A DNA stretch of 44,950 bases, taken from a virus. The stretch spans positions 1 through 44,950 of the IMG/VR virus record IMGVR_UViG_3300034069_000108. The stretch is one strand, 5' to 3'. Each line of letters begins with the position of its first letter. The first letter of the stretch is position 1. A program made the translations under genes and the position numbers. Below the pieces are notes generated by a model that was not told the origin of the DNA, made no database searches, and saw only the letters and a program-made list of their open reading frames with translations. Below are positions 1 to 5,779 of this stretch, one piece after another.

Positions 1-141
1 CAACCGAAAAGAGTGCGTTTTTCGAGGACAGTAACCACGTCCCAAGTGGACTGCGACACGGAAATGTCCCTCATGCGGTACTTGGGGCGCGGCATGATGC
101 TACACCCCGAACCGAAGCGTGAGGCGACCCGGCAGACGTGC
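1..141. repeat. Exact direct terminal overlap: bases 1-141 equal 44810-44950 (unit length 44,809 bp). Indicates a circular, circularly permuted or terminally redundant genome, most likely an assembly overlap.
   Basis: Both ends read caaccgaaaagagtgcg...gaggcgacccggcagacgtgc base for base. The CDS 44680..44904 start is duplicated at 1..95. Confidence 0.95.
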
Positions 142-231
142 TCGAATGTTCTTGACACGCTGATAGTCCACCCACGCCGCACAGTGATGGCAGTGGTCGT
201 TGTTGAAGTAAGCACGTTCAGAATACGGCAT
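100..231 (-). CDS. hypothetical small protein, 43 aa (MPYSERAYFNNDHCHHCAAW...)
   Basis: ATG at 231 preceded by an AAGGAAC SD. The stop lies 5 nt before the next ATG at 95. Below the ORF-track size cutoff; translated by hand. Confidence 0.45.
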   Translation of the reverse strand: MPYSERAYFNNDHCHHCAAWVDYQRVKNIRARLPGRLTLRFGV

Positions 232-441
232 GACTTCTGTTCCTTAAATCTGTATTTCTCACAAGGGCGGGTGCTAGGCGACACCTTTACGACATAGGAG
301 ACTGTTCCGTGGTCCGACTTACCGTCTACCGGTTCACCGTGTCAGGGCTACTGAGATTCCGTCCTTACGCACAAGCTGGTCACTCCGTCGCAGTTTTATA
401 GTCCTTGTTAAACTACACCCTTGTGAAAACTGGTTGCACCC

Positions 442-648
442 TTACAGGGCGATCTGGATCGACGGCCGGAGATTGGTCATGTCGTTGCGATTGCGGAGCA
501 GGCCGACGGCGGGCTGTTCATCGACCATGTGGGTGCCCGGAATGACACCGGCAGCGGCCATGGCGACGGACATCGCGGTGGGACGGAAGAGGGTCTTCTT
601 GCCGAGGAACTTGGCACCGGCGACGCTCAGGGGACGAGTTGCGGACAT
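442..648 (-). CDS. hypothetical early protein, 68 aa
   Basis: ORF track. ATG preceded by an AAAGGAA SD. Co-directional with neighbouring small genes. Confidence 0.55.
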   Translation of the reverse strand: MSATRPLSVAGAKFLGKKTLFRPTAMSVAMAAAGVIPGTHMVDEQPAVGLLRNRNDMTNLRPSIQIAL

Positions 649-733
649 ACTTAATTCCTTTCACACATGGTCAACCACACTGGTTGCTAGAGCCGTCTAA
701 CAATTAAGCTAAACGGCTCAGGTAACGAGTGCG

Positions 734-853
734 TTACTTCATTCTGTCCTCCGAATTTGGCGGAAAGAGCAACGAAAAGACCACACAGGCGATGACCAGT
801 GCGGCTAGGGCGAGTGTGAACAGCTCACTGGCGACGTCGTGGTGCCCCTTCAA
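734..853 (-). CDS. hypothetical small membrane protein, 39 aa, TTG start (..ELFTLALAALVIACVVFSLLF..)
   Basis: Hand translation. TTGA start/stop overlap with the upstream ORF. One hydrophobic helix. Confidence 0.3.
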   Translation of the reverse strand: MKGHHDVASELFTLALAALVIACVVFSLLFPPNSEDRMK

Positions 854-981
854 AGAAGCACCTGAACAATCTCCACGCTTTCCACACAGAACGAGATGGA
901 CAGGTCACAGAGGCGAGCGTCAAGCGAGACGTTCACCTCCGTTACAGACCCGTCGTGATGATTCAGTTGGACGACGAACAT
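850..981 (-). CDS. hypothetical small protein, 43 aa (MFVVQLNHHDGSVTEV...)
   Basis: Hand translation. Its ATG lies inside the 3' end of the upstream ORF. Part of a chain of overlapping small leftward ORFs. Confidence 0.3.
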   Translation of the reverse strand: MFVVQLNHHDGSVTEVNVSLDARLCDLSISFCVESVEIVQVLL

Positions 982-1139
982 AGGTCAGGATTGGCCTTTC
1001 GCAAGCGTTGCAGAAATTCCAGACGTTCCACAGGGGTCAGCCCGAACCAAATGGCTAGGGTGTGATCGTGCTCACACTTCTGGCGCAAGACACGCTGTTG
1101 GGCGGCGCGACGTGAAGCCGTCAGGCGACGTTCACACAT
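963..1139 (-). CDS. hypothetical basic protein, 58 aa (MCERRLTASRRAAQQRVLRQK...)
   Basis: Hand translation, ATG start, same strand as its neighbours. Confidence 0.35.
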   Translation of the reverse strand: MCERRLTASRRAAQQRVLRQKCEHDHTLAIWFGLTPVERLEFLQRLRKANPDLCSSSN

Positions 1140-1177
1140 AGTTGATTGACCTTAGCTTGACTTGTGGAAAGTGGTGG

Positions 1178-1744
1178 TTAAGCGACCGCCCGCAGACCCA
1201 GCTCGGGACCGTCGACCACCTGATCGTCAGCCGGTTGCACGTCAGCGACACGCACCAGCTTGAGGCCACCCAGAGCGATCGAGGCAGCACGGGCCGACGC
1301 AACGTCTTCCGGCTTGACCTTGCCTTCTTCGACCTGCTTGTCGATGCGCTTGGACAGACCCTTCACCATGTTGAGGATGGCGTCGAAGTCGAGCACCTTG
1401 CCTTCGGGGTTCTGTTCGGCGAGCGTGAAGAAGGGCGTTTCCCGCGCCGATTCGATGTTGAAGTCGGAGAAACCCTTGGCGTTGGGCTTGAGCATGCCGA
1501 CCTTCACCGCCAGACCGTCCTTCATCTGGAAACGAACCGGGGAATAAGTCTCGAACCAGAGTTGCAGCATGGTCCGGCGCATGGACGCAGGCATGGCGTT
1601 GAGAAGGTCCTTGGCCGTCGAGCAGTCACCGTGTTCCTTGGCGTGTTCCAGCACCAACACACCCGTGTCATGGATCAAATTATTGAGCTTCGTGGCGGTC
1701 GTGGTGATCGACTTGATGTTCTTTTTGATGGCTGCGAGGGTCAT
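1178..1744 (-). CDS. hypothetical early protein, 188 aa; first gene of the leftward arm
   Basis: ORF track. ATG preceded by an AAGGAAAC SD. Protein-like composition; I recognise no motif. Confidence 0.75.
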   Translation of the reverse strand: MTLAAIKKNIKSITTTATKLNNLIHDTGVLVLEHAKEHGDCSTAKDLLNAMPASMRRTMLQLWFETYSPVRFQMKDGLAVKVGMLKPNAKGFSDFNIESARETPFFTLAEQNPEGKVLDFDAILNMVKGLSKRIDKQVEEGKVKPEDVASARAASIALGGLKLVRVADVQPADDQVVDGPELGLRAVA

Positions 1745-1759
1745 GTTACTGTTTCCTTA

Positions 1760-1788
1760 TTGACAAACGTTCTCATTCATGGTATAAT
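1760..1788 (+). promoter_or_regulatory. consensus sigma70 promoter (TTGACA-17 nt-TATAAT) driving the HNH gene
   Basis: ttgaca aacgttctcattcatgg tataat read directly. Perfect hexamers and spacer. Confidence 0.75.
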
Positions 1789-1815
1789 ATGCGTAATAGG
1801 GAGAACGTACACACT

Positions 1816-2304
1816 ATGACACGCATACTTACTGACGAACAGAAAGAGCGCAAGAGGCTTTACAACATTGAATATCGTAAGGCCAATCGCGAGAAATACC
1901 GTGACTATAACAAGGCGTGGGTCAAGAGGTCCGGTCACAAGTCTACTGAACAGACTCGCAATCGTCGCGCTTCACTCACTAAGGCTCAACAGATGTTTGA
2001 AAGGTCGCGTGACCGTGCAAAGCATCAAGACATTGCCTTTGATATTACCCCAGAGGACATTGTGATACCTGAATTTTGTCCGTATCTTGGAATACCCATC
2101 GTTACTGGCGTTGGTAAGATGACTGACAACTCACCTTCACTTGACAGGATCGACTCGGCTAAGGGTTATATCAAAGGGAACGTCGAAGTTATTTCGTTTA
2201 GAGCTAACACCATTAAGAACTGTGGAACACCTCAAGAACACATGATGATTGGTATTCGACAGTTGAAACTGCTTAATCAGCAAACCCCACCACAGTCGCA
2301 TTGA
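1816..2304 (+). CDS. HNH/His-Me-finger (endonuclease VII-like) homing-endonuclease-like protein, 162 aa; paralog of 44195..44683
   Basis: Motif FCPYLGIPIV...SPSLDRIDSAKGYIKGNVEVISFRANTIKNCG. The start was moved to the ATG at 1816 (SD GGGAGA) because the ORF-track ATG at 1789 abuts the -10 box. Opposite strand to the flanking genes. Confidence 0.75.
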   Translation: MTRILTDEQKERKRLYNIEYRKANREKYRDYNKAWVKRSGHKSTEQTRNRRASLTKAQQMFERSRDRAKHQDIAFDITPEDIVIPEFCPYLGIPIVTGVGKMTDNSPSLDRIDSAKGYIKGNVEVISFRANTIKNCGTPQEHMMIGIRQLKLLNQQTPPQSH

Positions 2305-2754
2305 GTTGCGTAAACGTCTTAGCGGTGGGGGTTAACGAGGGATTTAATCTTAGGCTAACTCTCTTAGGTTAGCTCCCTCAATTTGTCATGCCCTAGGCTG
2401 CAACAGTCTAGCACGACTCAGACACCGTTGGATGTTAGCTAGGTCCAAAGCCTTCCCTACAGGGACGCCCCGACTCGTTAATTCGAGTCAGTCACGGACA
2501 CACTAAGTTTAAAGTACGGAGTTCGCACCCGCCTTAGTGCCTAACAACTAGAGGGACTTACTTTGGGAAGGAACGCACCCGAAAGTGCTCATTCGCCCGT
2601 TTCATGGCCTCTAATCGGTTGACTACGTTGCTTTCACCTCTAGCACACAAGCGGCTAACCCTGTGTCGTCGAGCACCCACTAGCCATGACACCTGTTACA
2701 GCGACACCGTGGACCCATTTAGAGGCAATGCTGAAAGCACCGCTGATGTAGATA

Positions 2755-2784
2755 ACTCTAGTCGAAACCAACGGTTCCTGTCAA
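2755..2784 (-). promoter_or_regulatory. candidate leftward sigma70 promoter (TTGACA-18 nt-TAGAGT)
   Basis: The reverse complement reads ttgaca ggaaccgttggtttcgac tagagt. Perfect -35; the -10 keeps T1, A2 and T6 only. Confidence 0.25.
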
Positions 2785-2984
2785 TCCCCTATTTTAGCGT
2801 CGGAGCCTAGAGAGGGACCACAAAGGGTGTCTAAGGCAATTCGGCTGCAAAACCCTCGTTTGCGAGAGCTTGTTGGGGAGTTGGCTAGAAGCCCGGTCCG
2901 TCTCGATGTCCAATAGGTAGGCCGGGTTGATTTGGAATGCAACTGTTATTTTCGGTCGTTGTTTGGATAGTTATTGTTTGTTTG

Positions 2985-3142
2985 TTGCGTGGCAGAAGTG
3001 CGGGTTGTAACAATGTTGCAGAAGGGGTGGAATGTTGCGTGCTGTTGTTCGTTTGTGTCGTCCGAAGCGTGGTCATGCGTAACAATCTTGCGTGAACTCC
3101 GTGTTCTTTGTTAGATGATTACCCTACGTGCGTATATGCGTG
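2985..3142 (+). repeat. iteron-like recurrence of a TGCGTG core (TTGCGTG x3, ATGCGTG x1) at roughly 50-bp spacing inside the GT-rich block
   Basis: ttgcgtg at 2985, 3035 and 3088; atgcgtg at 3136. AATGTTGC also occurs twice (3012, 3031). Confidence 0.5.
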
Positions 3143-3307
3143 CGTGTGTTCCTTGTGATCCTACGTGTGAGGTGTGTTGTATTGGTAAGACAGCAGATGG
3201 TGTGTGTGTGTTGTGCTATTGCTACTCATTTGCATTGTCTCTTTGCCAGTGGGGGCGAGGCTGCTGTTGCGAGAGGTCACTCGTGATACTCGTTCTCATT
3301 AGCAGGA

Positions 3308-3387
3308 GGGGGACAGGGGGGGGGTCCTTCCGGCCGGGGGTGCTAATGCGAATCACTTGCAAGAAGACCCCTATGGGTGGGGGGGGG
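3308..3387 (+). other. poly-G cluster: G5 (3308-3312), G9 (3316-3324), G5 (3336-3340), G9 (3379-3387). G-quadruplex-capable, slippage-prone homopolymers.
   Basis: Counted directly in gagggggacagggggggggtccttccggccggggg and gggtggggggggg. Confidence 0.7.
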
Positions 3388-3440
3388 CATGGATTGGTGT
3401 GTCTCTACCGGGCTTCATCAGGTGACCTCAGTCGTTACAG

Positions 3441-3468
3441 AAAAAAATTGAAGTTTTTACTACCTCAA
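3441..3468 (-). terminator. rho-independent terminator on the minus strand (UUGAGG-9 nt-CUUCAA followed by U7)
   Basis: Plus strand aaaaaaattgaagtttttactacctcaa. On minus-sense RNA the stem closes with a G-U pair; on plus-sense RNA the same position is an A-C mismatch. Confidence 0.45.
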
Positions 3469-3667
3469 TTTTAAGCCGTTTTAAAGGCCTTTGACTACCG
3501 GCCGCTACCCATGTACCAGACGACCCCGTATTGGCGCTGTACGGTGCCTTTCCGGAGGATTTAGGGGTAAGTAATTGACAGAGTAAAGGGCTCCTTACCA
3601 GTCGCCCCAGTCCTGGCCCGGAAACCAGCGTGAGGACTACCTGAAAAATAAAATCTTGATTAGAGTA

Positions 3668-3722
3668 TTACTAAGAGATAATTCTTTTAATAAGTTTCTT
3701 TATATATACCTCTTACTAAGAG
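3668..3722. repeat. operator-like repeats: TTACTAAGAG at 3668-3677 and 3713-3722. The second sits in a 13-bp palindrome, CTCTTAcTAAGAG (3710-3722).
   Basis: Read directly. Located between the divergent promoters at 3731-3759 (-) and 3794-3822 (+). Confidence 0.4.
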
Positions 3723-3730
3723 TAATAGAT

Positions 3731-3759
3731 AGGGTATCATACAATTCCATTTTTGTCAA
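3731..3759 (-). promoter_or_regulatory. candidate leftward promoter (TTGACA-17 nt-TACCCT with an extended TGn -10)
   Basis: The reverse complement reads ttgaca aaaatggaattgtatga taccct. Perfect -35, TG at -15/-14, weak -10. Confidence 0.35.
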
Positions 3760-3793
3760 TATAAATCTTTTTGTCATTCGTTAAAGAAAGTGC

Positions 3794-3822
3794 TTGACAA
3801 ATGGAGTGTTTTGGAGTATAAT
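3794..3822 (+). promoter_or_regulatory. consensus sigma70 promoter (TTGACA-17 nt-TATAAT) for the rightward packaging/structural arm
   Basis: ttgaca aatggagtgttttggag tataat, 32 nt upstream of terS. Confidence 0.8.
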
Positions 3823-3854
3823 AGAAGGACAGAGCACAGGGAGGTTTAAAATTT

Positions 3855-4430
3855 GTGACTGACACAGAAGAAGGGCTTCCGCTCCACACCAACAAAGCTT
3901 TAGCCATGCAGAAGGCGAAGCGTAAAAAGATTTCAGACAAGTCACAACAGGCCATTGACGACGGTGACATTCAGGCAGTGATCGACTCTTTGTCGGGCAA
4001 ACAGGTCGCTTTCTGTGAGGAGTACCTCAGGGACCTGAACGCAACTCAAGCCGTCCTGAGGGCTGGTTACAACACCCGCTTCCCCAATCGAATCGCCTTC
4101 CAGTTAATGGAAAATCCAGCGATTAGGATTGCGATCGACGCCCTTCGAGCTGAACGAAATAAGAACAGCGACGTAACAAAAGACTTCGTCCTAAAGGGCA
4201 TTCAAAAGGCCATTCGACTAGCGGAAGAATCGGGCAATCTCAACGCCCTGCTTCGTGGTCATGAATTGCTTGCTCGTCACCTTGGCATGTTTGTCGAGCG
4301 GACTGAAATCAGTGGGCCGGACGGCGAAGCAATCAAGATGGAACAAAAAGTAAAAGAAGATGTCGCAGATTTCACCAGCAAGCTTTCTCGCCTCGCTTCC
4401 GTCGGAACAACGGGCACAACTTCTAAGTGA
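3855..4430 (+). CDS. terS: terminase small subunit (Terminase_2-like)
   Basis: Motif KQVAFCEEYLRDLNATQAVLRAGYN. GTG start after GGGAGG. Immediately upstream of terL. Confidence 0.85.
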   Translation: MTDTEEGLPLHTNKALAMQKAKRKKISDKSQQAIDDGDIQAVIDSLSGKQVAFCEEYLRDLNATQAVLRAGYNTRFPNRIAFQLMENPAIRIAIDALRAERNKNSDVTKDFVLKGIQKAIRLAEESGNLNALLRGHELLARHLGMFVERTEISGPDGEAIKMEQKVKEDVADFTSKLSRLASVGTTGTTSK

Positions 4431-5772
4431 ACTAAGCGACAAAGAAAAGGCCCTTCTGGCAACGGACTGGAAATTCTGGGCACGACCCGACCAGCTTCCG
4501 CCAGAAGGTGACTGGTTTGTTTGGATGATCCTTGCAGGCCGAGGTTGGGGTAAGACCCGAACTGGTGCCGAGTGGATTCGCAAGCAGGCCCACGACTTTC
4601 CGGGTTGCAGAATTGCCCTCATCGGTGAAACTGCCGCCGACTGTCGAGACGTTATGATTAAGGGGGACTCGGGCCTGATCGCCTGTGACCCCACTTTGTC
4701 TGAAGAATGCTGGTCTCCTACCAATAGGTGCCTTACTTGGCCCAACGGTTCTAAGGCTTGGACCTACAACGCTACTGAACCAGACCAGCTTCGTGGTCCT
4801 CAGCATCACTTTGCTTGGGTCGACGAGTTGGCTAAGTACCGTTACATTCAGGAAGTTTGGGACCAGCTTCTGTTTGGTCTTCGTTTGGGCCTTGAGCCTA
4901 AGGTGCTTGTCACCACTACCCCCCAGCCTAAGGCTCTTGTTAAAAAGCTTTACAACGACCCGACCACCCACGTAACCAAAGGGTCGACAATGGACAACGT
5001 GGCCAATCTGGCTGCGTCCGCTGTTCAGCAGATGTACGACCGGTACGCCAACACGCGCCTCGGACGACAGGAACTTGAGGGTGAAATCCTCGGAGACATT
5101 CCCGGAGCGCTTTGGTCTCATGCAGCAATCGACGAATCAAGAATCACTGACGCGCCTGAAGACCTCGAACGAGTCATCGTTGCCGTTGATCCTGCCGCGT
5201 CCTCTAATGAAGGATCAGACGAAACTGGTATCTGTGTTGTCGGTTTGGCTAGAGACGCTGACGGATACGCCCGAGGGTACGTCCTAGAAGACGCTTCTCT
5301 ACGTGGTTCTCCTCAGGACTGGGCCAAGTCGGCAGTGCGAATGTATCGAAAGTGGTCAGCCGACAAGATCGTAGCGGAAAAGAATCAGGGCGGGGAAATG
5401 GTTGAAACCGTTCTTCGCACCATCGACCGCAACGTTCCGATCAAGCTGGTTCACGCAAGTCGAGGCAAGGTCATTCGAGCAGAGCCTATTTCCGCTCTTT
5501 ACGAGCAGGGTCGGGTTCATCACGTTGGCAAGTTCGACAAGCTTGAAGATCAGATGTGTTCGTTCTCCATTGACGGAGTTCGCAACGCAAGCGAAGGAAG
5601 CCCGGACAGGGTTGACGCTCTCGTCTGGGGCCTGACTGAACTGTTCGAAAAGATGACCGGACGGTCTCGAAAAGGAAAAGACCCTACTGTTAAAACTGAA
5701 TTGGACGTTAAGTACGAAGAAAGGTGGAAGCCCAGTCATCGGGACGTTCCTACCTCTTGGATGATGGGATAA
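4360..5772 (+). CDS. terL: terminase large subunit
   Basis: N-terminal DWKFWARPDQLPP, Walker A GRGWGKTRTG, Walker B-like WVDEL, C-terminal nuclease-type acidic residues. Overlaps terS by 71 nt. Confidence 0.9.
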   Translation: MSQISPASFLASLPSEQRAQLLSELSDKEKALLATDWKFWARPDQLPPEGDWFVWMILAGRGWGKTRTGAEWIRKQAHDFPGCRIALIGETAADCRDVMIKGDSGLIACDPTLSEECWSPTNRCLTWPNGSKAWTYNATEPDQLRGPQHHFAWVDELAKYRYIQEVWDQLLFGLRLGLEPKVLVTTTPQPKALVKKLYNDPTTHVTKGSTMDNVANLAASAVQQMYDRYANTRLGRQELEGEILGDIPGALWSHAAIDESRITDAPEDLERVIVAVDPAASSNEGSDETGICVVGLARDADGYARGYVLEDASLRGSPQDWAKSAVRMYRKWSADKIVAEKNQGGEMVETVLRTIDRNVPIKLVHASRGKVIRAEPISALYEQGRVHHVGKFDKLEDQMCSFSIDGVRNASEGSPDRVDALVWGLTELFEKMTGRSRKGKDPTVKTELDVKYEERWKPSHRDVPTSWMMG

Positions 5773-5779
5773 TTTAAAC

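Larger units (their letters stand above)
3441..3724 (-). ncRNA. candidate ~280-nt structured non-coding RNA, bounded by the leftward promoter at 3731-3759 and the U7 terminator
   Basis: No ORF longer than 5 codons after any ATG. Stems: AGTC..CTGG/CCAG..GACT, GGTAAG/CTTACC, CCGTA/TACGG, GGCC/GGCC. Bracketed by promoter-like and terminator-like signals. Confidence 0.35.
2305..3854. other. 1.55-kb ORF-free region between the divergent arms. Candidate genome-end/pac/origin and/or structured non-coding RNA region.
   Basis: No credible ORF on either strand; only low-complexity ORFs without an SD. Sub-blocks: hairpin-dense 2305-2930, GT-skewed 2931-3420 with G9 runs, hairpin-dense 3441-3640, AT-rich 3640-3790. 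Confidence 0.8.

Noticed and set aside
13-297. A 94-aa plus-strand ORF at the window start.
   Set aside because: It is antisense to two SD-preceded small minus-strand genes and spans the assembly overlap, and its sequence has no features.
1789-1815. The ORF-track start (ATG at 1789) for the first HNH gene.
   Set aside because: It directly abuts the TATAAT box (1783-1788) and so lies upstream of the likely transcription start. The ATG at 1816 has an SD and gives the same 162-aa length as the paralog.
2885-3085. A 66-aa T/Q/N-rich minus-strand ORF in the CA-rich strand of the non-coding region.
   Set aside because: It is a low-complexity product of the strand skew, with no SD and no promoter.
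3115-3474. A Cys-rich 119-aa ORF (..CVPCDPTCEVCCIGKTADGVCVLCYCY..CCC..) that looks superficially like a RiPP or bacteriocin precursor.
   Set aside because: The Cys, Val and Gly codons follow trivially from the GT-rich sequence. There is no SD and no nearby promoter, and the frame passes through two slippage-prone G9 runs. Worth only a proteomics glance.
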